A DNA stretch of 64,000 nucleotides from Lingula anatina (taxonomy: Eukaryota; Animalia; Brachiopoda). Below the pieces are notes generated by a model that was given only the letters and a program-made list of their open reading frames with translations, ran no database searches and had not been told where the DNA came from. The stretch's first letter is position 1, and the number at the start of each line of letters is the position of its first letter. Positions 26,733-40,018 of this stretch are shown here, in pieces. The DNA lies in contig CM120647.1 in NCBI GenBank assembly GCA_051362555.1, forward strand, positions 11,942,651 to 12,006,650, given 5' to 3'. The position numbers and the translations under genes were made by a program.

Positions 26733-29700
26733 GACACCGTGACTATATTTCGGCAAGTGGGTTTGAAAGTGTTTTATTATGTCATGTTAACCAGATCAAG
26801 CTAAAACTCGTATCACAAAACAACACATAGCCTAATTTGGTTTAAACATTAAAGATGGATTGTGTTTTTTTTGTACTTCATTTCTGGACAAACACGTATA
26901 AGTTCCCTAAAATGAAGGAATAATTGTACAAATACAATAGCCGTGTATCTCTTTTGAAGTTGACTATAACGAATGTATCCCTTGTCAAAGATGACAAAAG
27001 CAACGTTTGCTCTTAAAGTGAAGACCTCTATGGCAAACGTTGTAAAGTGTTATTGTGGTCCTGCGTCATGTTTAAGTGGTGAAATGCGCTATTGATAGTT
27101 TGTTGCTAGTTTTTTTCTTTTTTTTTTTATAGAATTGCTAGTGTTGTGTTGGCAATACGGAGTATTCCTCACAGTGACTGGAAGTGCTGGATCAATATTT
27201 GGTGACATAATTACAGAGGCAATTTCCCATCATATTCGACCAATTAAGCTGAGTGGACTGGTATTTATCATTTCGGTCATCACTTGATATCAGCCACTTA
27301 CTGAACACGACACAATTAGGAAGGTTTCTATCGATATATTTGCATGTTTGCACTTTAAGACGATGGTCAATTTAACGTCGTTAAGTATCTATCCCGTTGT
27401 AGCCTCAAAGATGCACATTAAGTGATATCTATCTTGTTGTACCATCAAAGAAGCATATTAAGTGAGTACTTGTGTCAAATCATTGCGGCTAAACCCGACC
27501 AAATGTTTGTAACCCAGGGTAGAATGAGGCCTTACCAGCGGAAAGTGTCTGGCATGTAAGACCTCAAACTAGGGCAAAAAGGGGAAAAAAGAAAAAAAAT
27601 GTTCGTCTAGTCGTTGGTTCAGCTACAGTATTAACTGAATTTTATCGAGAGATATATTTTGCCGCTGTCATTGATATAAGCTCCTCGAAGCTTTTAGCTC
27701 CATGCGATCGTTACATTCCCATCACTTGGCGATGGAGTATAGAGCTAAAAAACCATTTGCTTGTACGACAATTGATTGACGCCCCGTGCAGTTGATGGGC
27801 AGAATGATATGAAGTCAGGTCTACATGGGGAACATTCCCTGGTATTTTAAGGCGTGTTTACTGTAAATTTGGGATCGACCTCCTGAGCGTTCGTCCACAC
27901 CAGGCCAACTGGCTGAAACATTTAATATTTAAATGGTATTTATTTATTTATTTATTGGTTCAAGTGCTTTTTACGAGTTTTTTCGTACAGCCTAACAGGT
28001 ACCTGCATATAAATATATACAATGTAAACTATACGATATATATTGACAATACAGCAATTTAGTTACATAAACTTAGTTTTCTTTTGTTTGTCCTTCTAAA
28101 GTCGGCACAAGTTACATTACTATGATAAGTTCAAGCCGCTTAGTTATCAAGGCGTTGGGCGGTCTATGAGAATGATTGAATGCGATCCCTGCGGTAAGGA
28201 AATCCTAATCACACGGCATGCTGGGGCGGGTCGTAACAAGTTAGGTCGACCCAAATTGAGTTGAAACGTGGCTTTATACTTACTGATGAGTCGGAGGGTG
28301 TCTTGGTGAAGTCTTGGCAACAAGCTATGTTTTTAACTGGAACAGGACCACCCGTGTATAAAACAGAGCCCTAAATAATTCAAATCCCGTAGCTGCACTG
28401 ACATTTCTCATAATGTGCAATTTTAATTCTTAAAAGAATGAGACGGTTGTACTAATGTATTGCAAACGTAGTCCATATCCACTGTTGATTTTGCTTTTTC
28501 CCTCATTCTAATATTGACATTCGTCAGGTGCAGTCTGCCTTCTCTATGTGGGGATAAGTATGATATATTCATCCACAAAGTGATATTGTATTACAATAAA
28601 GAGTTTATTTATTGGCGAGGAGATTGCGTGCTTTAATGAAGTTGAAACCATCTGAGGAAAGGGAGGAGGGGACAAGACGGGGAAAGATTAAAAACAGTTT
28701 AAAAAAAGAAAAAGGGATGTGGGATACGGAGACCGTCATTCCTTTCTATGTTTCTGACTCAGTCTTTCTTTTTCAATCTTTCACCCCTCTCTTTTCCACC
28801 TCCCTCACACCTTCACACTCCACATGGAGACATGAGAAGCACGGTAGAAGGGCGAGAGAAATTTAAATAAAAAGATAATCAGAAAAACAGACAGAAAAAA
28901 GGAGAAAGGAAAAAGTGAGAGATCTATGGTCCGTCGGACAGTATCAGTGATCATAATCAAGACTGATATGTTTCAATGTTGCCAAACGAAGGCTAAAGTG
29001 GATGTCAAAATTGAAACGCATGGCCTCCTTAACGATTCCACATCTTAGGAATAAGAGACATTCAAAGAAATAGTGCCTATCCGTCAGTGTTTGGTAAAGG
29101 ATTATTAAATGAATTTTTTACGTTGTTGTCTTAAAAATTCCTATTGTACTTGTTCATCCCGTACTTTCAACCCAATATGTCAACATTTAAGCCTCAATTA
29201 TTCTCATGTTTGATTTAAAAAATCTCCACGGTGAAAGTTCCATATTTGCAATTTTGTTTCTGCCTAACATTAGGAGAAAGAAAAAAGAAACTTGTCGCTA
29301 TTTTAACTACACATGTAGAAGTGCAGGAGAGCATCCAATTCCCCTGTGATGCCATCTTCTCAAAGTGCACGCAAATAATCCCATAATCGCGTCAGTTTTT
29401 CTTCATTAAGTGGAACAGACTTCAACTCTTGATGACTCACTTAACGGCTCAGATAGCCCATACCATTTGGAGACTGTCTCAGTAAAAAAGCAATTCCCCT
29501 TCTTAAGTAGCTACTAGTAGGCCTTTATTTTTACCTGTTTAAATAGGTTTTGACGTCGACTTTTGAAGAAAAGTAAAGCGAAATGTTGTCGTTGAATTTT
29601 GCCTCTTATAATGATTACATGCAAATATATATTAATAAGTAAAAAACAGTCGAAATCCATTACATTTCTCCCTCACTCTTTCTTTCTTTCTTTCTCCTTT

Positions 29701-30380
29701 TCTTCCTTTATTTATTTATTTGCTCTCTGTCTCCCTTTCTCCCTCTCTCTCACCCTTGGTTGCTCTCTATCACTCTCTTTCTATTTCCCCCCTCTCTCTC
29801 TTTTTCTCTCTCTGGAGCCCAGTGTGTAAAGCCCATTCGTAACACGCTCTCATTCTATCGACCAGACACTGAGGACTCTAAGCGTCAGCCGTTAATAATT
29901 TAGAAAGCTCTCTCAATTGATTCGACACACTCCCATGAGATATTGGGGCTGTTTCTGCGTGCTTTCTTGCTCCATGTCCCAATCTTATCATTCTATGAAC
30001 TTAGGGTGCATTCAGAACAATTTGATCCGCGGACTAACAGATCTGAGGACCAAATATGGCCCATCCAGTTGTAAGTTTACCTCCCCCTATGCATTGACGG
30101 CCATTTTGATTTTAGCACTTGGTCATGGTTGGATTCTGGTGGGAAATTATCTGGGGTATATTGGCCCATTTGTGGACCAGATTCAGTTGAGATACCTTTA
30201 TTAACATTTTTCCAGCTTCAGTGCGGATATTTCTTTCGTTGACTGGACGACTAATGGGGTCGTAGTTAAAAGTGATAATAAAAGAAAATTCATGAAAAGA
30301 AAATGATTATCTGGATTGATAATCTAGAAGGTTTTAATGGTTCACTTACCAGCTAACTCTTCTTCTCTTATTTCGTGACA
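21572..30380 (-). CDS. Calmodulin-like protein (150 aa, four EF-hands); ATG-only first exon lies upstream (candidates 40115-40117 or 37096-37098)
   Basis: Exons 30350-30380 (31 nt, [10 protein letters not shown]), 25543-25686 (144 nt), 23631-23867 (237 nt), 21572-21609 ([12 protein letters not shown]). The 31- and 144-nt exons match the conserved animal calmodulin gene structure. EF loops [48 protein letters not shown]. Too divergent to be canonical CaM. Confidence 0.92.
21650..21804. mobile_element. Ginger1-like MITE (CCGG TSD, TGTAA...TTACA ends) in last intron of the calmodulin-like gene
   Basis: CCGG-TGTAACG ... CGTTACA-CCGG; internal inverted AGTCCGCCCTCC / GGAGGCGGACT; central GGTTAGGGTTAG. 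Confidence 0.7.
23320..23434. repeat. Inverted/direct repeat unit GGTTCATTGGTCCGAA (MITE remnant)
   Basis: GTCCGAAGGTTCATTGGTCCGAA followed by two TTCGGACCAATGAACC copies. Confidence 0.6.
24462..24696. mobile_element. Fold-back MITE, family 2 (intron of calmodulin-like gene)
   Basis: Nested inverted arms CTCCCTGGGGAGTCTCAC/GTGAGACTTCCCAGGGAG and TCTGTCACGCCTA/TAGGCGTGACAGA; second copy 53989-54156; terminal fragment about 12576-12611. Confidence 0.75.
24748..24826. repeat. Compound (CT)n(GT)n microsatellite
   Basis: Direct reading; a (GT)n(GA)n compound also lies at 51441-51501 and (CA)n at 39982-40014. Confidence 0.95.
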
Positions 30381-30904
30381 CTGGAAGAAACAAAGAAAAA
30401 ATATAAAATTTGCAGTATTAAGCGAAGATATGTTGCAACAAAACATCACATGCAAATTTTACACTATTAAAGCTGATGTATTTTGGCGTTACCTCAGTCA
30501 CACACAAACAAAGGGACATTTACTGGAATAATACACAGTTATTTCGTTTGATGAATCAGTTGAAAGCAAGTTTCGTCCTGCCTGGACGGATTAACACAAA
30601 ACAATCAAACGTTCAAATACACTGCACATAAGAAGGCAACAGTGAGTGAGGTGCACGTCTCTCTTCAAATATTGACTAGAAAATTACTCAATAATTCATT
30701 ACGATAGTGTACATTATGTCAATATATCCAAACTATGATAGGCGTCAATATTTAAAGACTGCATAATTAATGAAATGTCCTTTCTCCCATGGCAAGAGAT
30801 CTCAGAGCACTTAGTTTCTTCAGTTGTTGTGTGCTCAGAGACGTTTTATCTAGTACATATTACTTGGCATCGAGTGTCCATTGTAATTTTGTATATGTTT
30901 CATA

Positions 30905-30906
<2 letters not shown>

Positions 30907-30963
<57 letters not shown>
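30907..30963. repeat. (TTA)n microsatellite
   Basis: Direct reading; (TAA)n also at 31958-32011 and 44319-44372; (TAAA)n at 7805-7845. Confidence 0.95.
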
Positions 30964-30967
<4 letters not shown>

Positions 30968-31957
30968 ACTGAAACCTAACATTAGAAAATTAATGTAATT
31001 GCAAATTTCTAAAATTGTAAAAGACATTGATAACATGTGTATATGAATAAACACGTCTGTTTTTCAAATAATATTTTAGGCTTATGAAAATGTACCACGT
31101 TCTTTAGAATATCTCTTATACTCATAATATTTACAAAGACAATAGAACTTATTACTTAATGTTATACATCTAATGCACGGTTATATTCTCTTTATTGTCC
31201 ATGTTTCCATCACCATACTACGTTCTTTCATTTTTGTTCCTGATTGATAAATGACCATAAATTCAAAACGAAAAACGATGTTTAAGTATAATGGCCGGCG
31301 ATACTCATCGTTGTATAACAACAATATAAATATAGTTTCTAATGTATATTCTTTGCAATTTTTTTATCTTTTAAGGTTTTAAGTCAAAACATTGTATTTA
31401 ATGCCAATAAAGTGCATCCAACCTTTCCTATAAATTACACTGACTATATCTAAATGTTTATTGCGGAATTCTATGCAATGCTTCAATGGTATCAACATTC
31501 CATATCCACTCCATACACAGAACATAACCAAGTGACGTTTGCCCTCTTGATGAACATTTGCTCTTAATGCAAGTGAGACATCAGCTCCTAGTTTATACTT
31601 CCGTATGGGAAAGAGACATTTAGATACAATTACGATAATGGCATATGGAATAAGTCAATCATTGAGAGACATAAAATGCGGACTAAAAGCAAATCGTATA
31701 CGGTGTACAGAAAGAACAACAGTCTCCGGATATTTGGTCATACAATTACAAATCTATATAATAAGTAGCACGTGTAGGATCACAAAGGTAGTAGGGGAAA
31801 CGAGGAAGATGAGGGAGAAGACGGATGAAAGATCCTTTCCTCAATTAAGCAATGACTCCATGAAAAAAGACGATAATTTGCCTGAATTCAGTGATACGAC
31901 TAACGTTAATACAACCCTTTAGCCTGAATTAAACGTAATATTATTTGTTATCATATA

Positions 31958-32011
<54 letters not shown>

Positions 32012-32307
32012 TAACTGCTGCCGACAACGTTCCTCTAACGGTCTATCTAGACCAGCCAGCATTTGAAATACAATATATTTTTTCCAAAACGTAATTGCCC
32101 TGAAAATCTATACACAGCATGAGTTCATAATGGATTACATTTAGTAGAATAATTGACAAAGTAATGCCACACCACGCTTGGTTCTTCAACAAAAGTCCAC
32201 AGGGAAATTTTTTGCCTGTGAAACATCACGTACACATATGAATTATGAACTAGAGTTGCTCTGCTTAGTTGACTGTGTCCGCAAAATAGACTTTTCTAAT
32301 GGGAGGA

Positions 32308-32698
32308 GGTTTGTCATGGCCCTGGTTGGTGATGAAGAGGTTGGTCGTGACCTGGTTGGTAATGAAGAGGTTGGTGATGAAAAGGTTGGTCACGGCCTGG
32401 TTGGTGATGAAGAGGTTGGTGATGAAAAGGTTGGTCACGGCCTGGTTGGTGATGAAGAGGTTGGTGATGAAAAGGTTGGTCACGGCCTGGTTGGTGATGA
32501 AGAGGTTGGTGATGAAAAGGTTGGTCACGGCCTGGTTGGTGATGAAGAGGTTGGTGATGAAAAGGTTGGTCACGGCCTGGTTGGTGATGAAGAGGTTGGT
32601 GATGAAAAGGTTGGTCACGGCCTGGTTGGTGATGAAGAGTTTGGTGATGAAAAGGTTGGTCACGGCCTGGTTGGTCATGAAGAGGTTGGTCACGAACT
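32308..32698. repeat. 45-bp minisatellite (three related 15-bp subunits GGTTGGTGATGAAGA / GGTTGGTGATGAAAA / GGTTGGTCACGGCCT), about 8.5 units
   Basis: Direct reading; explains the four repetitive ORFs at 32178-32750. Confidence 0.95.
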
Positions 32699-33454
32699 GC
32701 TAGGCAAATATCTATGCCTATGGGACTATACGTATACACAGAATTTTTAACCTATTTTTGCGTAAGATAAACCCATAATGGTCCAATTAAAATTAAATAC
32801 TTGGTCTTGGTTTTTTTAACTAACGAGGCATAACTTATATTTGAGACCAATGATTTTATATATAATACATTGGATTTATCTGGAACGCAATTAGGCCTCA
32901 CTTTTGGTCTAAAAGAATAGACCAATTTTCTGGTCAAAGATATTTTGTGTTAATGATCCATGTTGGTCTGTGGGTTTGGGCTACTGCAGGGAGGTACAAG
33001 GGACCGGAAAGAATTTTTTGTTAACTGTACGTCATTAGTACCCTCTACCATGGGAAAAAGAATGGATTTTTTTTTACCTGACATTCATAGATACGTGTCT
33101 AACTATGTGGGCTTTGTTGTCCTGTGACTCTGTGCTGAGATCCAAGCGGCAGTTTCAAGGTGGGTAACATAACTACTCAGTAGGCAATGACCTGCCAAGG
33201 CCCTCTGACTGAAACCAAGTGAGATATTTGCTTGCTCTAACTGTGTGCAGTTATGAGGAAACTCTCCAGACGGCTCGTTTGCCAGACAGGAAAATGAAGA
33301 CAGATTACGTAATGACAATTTGGCACCAAGGCAGTACACGGAGCTGCTGGTGGGCGGAGACAAAAGAGTTTCCTTAAAGGCGAAAAACTGGTTTTATCTG
33401 GTGATACATCACAGAGGCCAAGCGAAAATTTCTAACGTCATGACTGGTACAGCT

Positions 33455-33522
33455 AGAGTACGTCAGCTGGTAGTGAGTACGTTAGCTGGTAGAGAGCACG
33501 TCAGCTGGTAGAGAGTACGTCA
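33455..33522. repeat. 19-bp minisatellite TAGAGAGTACGTCAGCTGG, about 3.7 units
   Basis: Direct reading. Confidence 0.8.
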
Positions 33523-33992
33523 TAAGGCATATGTGACAGTGAGGAGTGAGGAGACAGTGAGGAGGACATTTTTCATTGCTTTTCCCTCTTCTATCCAACT
33601 ACTGCATCGGTATATTGCTTTCATTAAATAATATATAGGTTATTTTGGTATTCTGAAACAACCGGTACTTGCATTAAATTTATTTTGTTTTCAGGGTCTG
33701 ATTGATTAAATATTACGTCTACCGGTTTGCTTCCGTGCTCTCCTTGCATTTATAGTTTGGATGCTACTTGTTTATTTCTCCAAGGGGAAAAAACAGGTAT
33801 TCCACCTCCATTATAATTAATAGAAAACATCCTATACGTGTAGACCAGAAAGAAAATATACAGCGCAAGACCCAAACCATTAATTAGATTAATATTTTGT
33901 CTCAAACGTATATGCGATTATTGTATTTGGAGCGAGTCCAATGTTAGCTTTGTTATCATGCATGTGCCGATATGTCGACACTGGCGGTCAGG

Positions 33993-33993
<1 letters not shown>

Positions 33994-34041
<48 letters not shown>

Positions 34042-34067
34042 AGGGGGGAGGGGGGAAGGGGGGGGGG
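33994..34067. repeat. Poly-G tract
   Basis: About 47 consecutive G followed by interrupted G runs. Confidence 0.9.
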
Positions 34068-34151
34068 AAATGGAGGAAAACAAAATAATACAAAATAGTA
34101 TTCTATTAATATGCCTGAATGGATAGTGTTTCTTCAAGACCACATTTACAA

Positions 34152-34337
34152 TAAAGTTGATCCGCCAACTAACAGGTCCTTTGATCAAATATGGCCGACT
34201 CACTTGAATGCTTTCCGCATAACCCCAGATATTCAGTGTCTATTTGGGGATAACGCTGGAAGCTTTCAAGTAGGTCGGCCATGGTTGATCCGAGGATCTG
34301 TTAGTTAGCGGATTAACTTTGTCCGGAATGCGCCCTA
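34152..34337. mobile_element. Palindromic MITE, family 1
   Basis: AAAGTTGATCCGCCAACTAACAG...CTGTTAGTTAGCGGATTAACTTT inverted arms ending GAATGCGCCC|TAA; related fragments at 30003-30063, 46130-46289 and about 46655-46718. Confidence 0.65.
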
Positions 34338-34391
34338 AGTGATCAGATCTAAGTGAACCAAAGAAACTAGGTGGCTATTGGCGTGAAGTAA

Positions 34392-34422
<31 letters not shown>

Positions 34423-37348
34423 ATTTACCAAAAACCACGGATACAATCGTAGGTATGAGCATATTTGATTTTACCTCATTTATGGCAATGAGCCAATGTC
34501 CAGTTATGTAAACCAATTGGTAAAAAAACACTGGACCGCATAAAATAAGAATCAACACGTGATCATGAATAAACTTATCTATGGGCAAGCAGAAGGGGTT
34601 TTTTAAGAATGATTAACAGTACCTGCGAGCTTTCACATTATTCTGTTAATAGAACTTCGTGACTTAACTCCAAAAAATTCTAACTACAGCATATCGCTAC
34701 GTGCAAATAGGAACATGATCCTAATTCTCTTACTTGGACTTTAAGAGCAAACTCCTAGGAGTCTTGAAGAATGCTTCTGTATCAGTGCGACCAGAATTAT
34801 GATCCTGCTAATATGGCATCACGAGGATGTTCCAAGAAATTCTTAGTAACTTCGTTACGTTATAGGGTTCACGCTAACATGTTTATTGAAGGCATTAATT
34901 GAAACAAAAGAAAGAAAGTAAGAAAGTAAGAAAGAAAATGAATAAAAAATCTCTAAACGACCGAAGTTGACACTTTTCCTCTGCCACTAGTATATACGGC
35001 ACATATCGAGTGAAGTAATTACGCGCTTACTGAACTAAATCGTCATCTGTCACGCGCCCGTCAAATACAAACGGATGAGGAGTTCTACTCGATCTGCTAC
35101 GCCGCGTTCACACCGGATCTTTTTTTAATCGAAATGTCTAGCGTTTTATTATACACTGAAGTTACAATTTTTTGTCTTGCTCCCAGTCAGGATAGGACGG
35201 CTAAATTTGATACGATTAGATCACCACAGGTAGCAAATCTAGTCAGTGCTTTGCTAACCATATTGGTAAGTACGGTGACGTTTCGATGAACTTCATTTTA
35301 TGTTTTAAAGCATATGTGCACCATGAATCATTTTAATGACGGCACATTTTCCACGTTTAGCTTCCTTAAAATGCAGTTTATTAATATTTGGCATCTTAAA
35401 GACTCTGTGGCGAATCGAATCGTAGTGACTCTTCACAAAAGGAAATAGAATTAATCCTAATAATTGAAATCTCTCACACGCTGGAATTCGAACTCTCTAA
35501 TACCGTTTATCCATCATCAGCCCTTTCATCCTCGTTCAAACAAACATTTTGATTTATCACACAAAAAATTAAAAAAAAATCTAACGGTGGACTTCCAATT
35601 CCAATTGTCAGATTTTAGCACCTCCTTTTCAACTCTGTCGGATACCTGATGACAAAGGGGGTCGAGAGAGGCAATTTTCATTAAGCAGCGTCTCCTGCCA
35701 TAAGTTGACCGATATCAAAGAGACGCGTGTCTTTCAGGATGAGATAATCGATTGGCCAGTGAATCAATTAGCGTTCTAAATGCCAAACGGACGCTTAGTC
35801 ATACCGGTACTTGCATAAGGACATTTTTTTTCAAAACCAGTATTCGGTCTAAGTCGGGAAATCAAATTGGATTTTAAAGCACCGATTTGCATCTAAATAT
35901 CTCTACAGGTGTCATGGTTTAGAATAGGTGGGCATTTTAACGTGCTCATATGTCTTTTTGGATATCAAGTGTTGGTGGTCAGTTTTAGACTAAGGTACAA
36001 TTAAGGTCGCGGTCCGTAGGCCTAATGTCTTTCGGTTAAATTTTCAGCCTTTTAGACATTTTATCGAATCCGACTCTAACACTTCCAGTCTGGCTAATGG
36101 AGTAGAGACATGAGAAAGCTACCACACTAACAAATTAAGTGTGCTAACAAATGTTTGCATTGTCAGATCAAGGGACAGAGAATACACGCCTTATTTCCTT
36201 CTTTATGGTCGCCATACAGTTACTTGACTTGGGGTTTTTAAACGTTAAATACGAGATGACAAATGCTTAGACAGCAAACATACTGGAGATGTTCTCCCAG
36301 AAATTTACTCAATCGCCCATTAACTTTAAAACTATAAAACAGCACAACATATGTATATGCGTTCGATTAATGTAGTTCTTTACAACTTGACATTTCTTTG
36401 CCCCCTTTTTCCTGCTGCCCAAGGTGTTTTTTAGAAACAAATTCAACAATAAAACTATATCTCGCAACCCTTTAGGTGACTGACAAATTGAACTACATAA
36501 GAAAAATTGTATGATTATAAAAATTAAAAAAAAAAACTAAGAATGTGAAAGTCATGGTCAACGGCTTGCGTAAGACGTTGGTGAGTACTTAAGTGAATAC
36601 AGCTTACTGTCTGAAAAAAAGCACAATTGTAATTTCATAAGTTTTTCTTGTATTATGTGACTCAAGTACACCATTCTTTGAGAAAAAACCCTGATTATTT
36701 GTGACAAAATAGAGCACGTTCTATAGACGTGACAATATTTCCTTTGAAGCTCCGAAAGTCAAAATATACCAATCTATGTTTTGATAAATACTCTATCAAC
36801 TTATAAACTATCCATTCTATAACTAACACAACTAGGACTAAGGAAATATATGTATAGTGCGGAACCACACGCGGAAGCCAATGTCGGCAACAGATGACGA
36901 ACAATTTTATTTCTTTCCTATCCCATTTTAAACGTACACGCCGTATACAAATCGAGGCTTTGACAGCAGGTAAAAATCAATACATTTTCTAATATCCATT
37001 GTTATCGAAACAAAATACATCATACAGAAGCCTTGACAGATAAAACGCTGCTGCGCGTCTCAACCAAGTGCCTTGATGACGTCATGGTTGTTTACCATCC
37101 TCAGAAACAGACTCTACTCAAAGTGCCCTGGCGCGTGTATTATTCCCTCTCTTGTTTAATATTGAATTTCCCAAACAATTAAGCGCTGCAACACGACAAG
37201 TACATAGGGTGAGATGTGTTTCAAAGCTGCAAATATCTCCGTTATGAGATAATTGCACTTAATTCGAGCGTTTTGACAATCGATATGCAGCGTGTACAGC
37301 ATCATGTGGGCCAGCATTTAATTCCATTTACATGCTGTGAATAAGTAA

Positions 37349-37583
37349 GTGAGAGAGGCAGAGAAGAAGAAGATGATGACTATGATGAAAGAGAGAGAGA
37401 GAGAGAAGAGGAAGAAGAGAAGAAAAAAGAAGAAGAAGAGAGATAAAAGAAGGAGGAGAAGAAGAAAAAGACAAACAGAGAGAAAAGAAAGAAGAGATGA
37501 AAGAAGAAGAAGAAGGAGAAAAAGAAAAGAGATAAAAGAATAAGAAGAAGAAGAAGAAGAAGAAGAGGGAGAGAGAGAGAGAG
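37349..37583. repeat. GA-rich low-complexity tract
   Basis: (GAA)n/(GA)n mixture; explains spurious ORFs 37318-37620. Confidence 0.9.
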
Positions 37584-39980
37584 ATCTCCAGTGTGGTGCA
37601 GATAGAATCCGTAACTTCACGCTGCCGTTTGCACTCTACATAAGACTGACTACACCTCTACCTCTCCATTTTATGAGGTTTATTCAAAGTCAGTTAATTG
37701 TACCTGCGACGGCGTTGAAATAGACGACCCAATTGCAAATTAAAGCATGCCTTGTTCTTGAAATAAAAAGAACCATAATCATAATATGCAATAATATCCA
37801 GATAGCAAGTGTCACATTCAGTTGTATGTTGTAATGCATCACCGGCATAGATACAAATACAACAGTTGAGTCGGCGGTGAAAGGATCAATAAAAAGCTTT
37901 TAACGCGTTAGGCCCCTAAAGTCAGCGACCAGGGACAGCTACAGGCAGCCAGTGCAAGCGATCAGCGGCCGGATACGACGCAGTGGCGCGGCTGCAGCAT
38001 CTTGGCTGGCAAGGAAGAAACGCACGCACGGATGGGTAGATGGGAGAAGAGGTTAGGGATGGATGAAAGAAAGAATGAACGAATGGTAATATTTATAGAT
38101 GAATGGAAGGTGGACAGACGAATGAAGAATGAGAAATGGACGAGTTATGGCTGGATGTATAGATGTATGGACCGGAAGAATGGCCTCAATTAATTTAATT
38201 TACTATCTTCTGATTGGATAGATGACTAGTTTGCCTCACACTTTCCATCTAAATTCAATCTCCCGCATCCCTGTAACCGATCCAGGAATAAATTACTTAC
38301 TGCACACAGATAGGATTGATATAAACCGTTTGTATACATGGTATATAATAGTCATCAATTCAACTACCCGTATCATACACTGTACAACCGTATCATTGGC
38401 TGTTTTTCACAATGTTGGCTACTGCGCCACAAGTAATAACATATTGCAACTCGAAAAGCAAGGAAAAAAATTAAAGAAGAATAATGAAACTCTCGCGCTT
38501 TCAACCTGTCATTGATTGCATTAACTCTGTCAAAAAGCTATTGTAGGCAAAAATCCCCTCTTTTCATCAAAAATAAATATTTGATAGCTTGAATCAGCGC
38601 TGACAGTTGCGCTAATGGCGCCGTGTTCGGAAGGGCGGACGGGGCGGGAGGGCGGACAGATAGATGGATACATGGATACATGGATATATGGATAGATGGA
38701 GAGAAAGAAAGGATAAACTAACGGATGGCAGGGTGGAGGGACAATCAGGTGGACACGGCTGGTCTGGATGGGTGGATATATTGTTGGATGGATGGATACA
38801 TAGATAAAGGAACGGATAAATAAATGGATTAATGGGTAGATGGATATGCACTAGTAGGTGAACGGATGGAAGATCGGATACGTAAATTTATATAAATTAA
38901 TAGATCAATAATGGATGTACACTGTGTGAATGGATTTACAATTATCAGTCGGATATGGTAATATATTGGTGTACTTAACCCTCCTCTGATGAAATAAAAA
39001 TTACAAGATCAGGACGGATATGGCATCGGCTTGCAAGGTGTAATAAAATGAAAATGCACCTGGGGCCTTTAGACCTGCAAAAGGTGACATCACAGGTGAA
39101 ACCAGGTGTTCTCACACCATGGTCTGCCGTGTTACCCCTATATGCGGTAACATTAACTGTCTTCTTTGAAATTAGACAGCACCTCTCTAATTCAGCGTCC
39201 TTTTTCCGTAATTGCTGCCTTTATAATGCTGAATTATTAATTTGGGTTATGTATCATATTTCTCTATGACCGCTTGCCCTACGCATGCACAACGCTAATC
39301 ACTATGGTAAACGATTTTTCTAAATTGATCAAATGCCATTATCATAATATATACATTTCCATTATTTAACTGTATGTACACAACGCGATCACCCCGTTAA
39401 GGTTTTGGAACTAATTGCCACAAATAGTTTCATTCCCTTCGCTGGCCGATAGCATTCTTTTTTTTATTGTTTCTTCTGACGATTAACTGTTTCAGCGGGG
39501 AAATGAGTGACTGCGTCCCGATATATTATATCAAATTTGTCTTAACCGCAAATACCCATATGGGGCTAATGCAAATATTACCATTAATTAAAAAACCTTA
39601 TCAACCATTATCTAGCCTCCGTACTGCTTTTGTTGAACTCCAGCATTGTACTTAACAATAACATAAAACCAAGGAAGGGAGTGTAACACGTGCACAGTTT
39701 AATTTAAATATGACGTGGAAGTTTATCTTTACCTCGTAAGGTGTCGCATTTGAAACAGTCATCCCAGAATCCACTTAGTGCGCTGTAAAATTTGATAAAC
39801 TGTGCACTGAACCAAAAATGTCCCAATCAGGTTAGGTTCAGTCAGTCCAATCTTTTATCTACATGATAACAACATGACGAGTCGCAGTATCTTTGTTGTA
39901 CCACATACAAATGCGGAAATACTGTATATGCATTGTCACGTACTAGCAGGTTTATGAAATTTCGCGTTTGCAAGCGGCAA

Positions 39981-40018
<38 letters not shown>

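Noticed and set aside
32178-32750. 190-aa and overlapping repetitive ORFs as genes
   Set aside because: Produced by a 45-bp minisatellite; no splice or homology support.
37318-38851. Lys/Arg/Glu-rich, Leu/Phe-rich and Trp/Met-rich ORFs
   Set aside because: Low-complexity GA and GGAT repeats.
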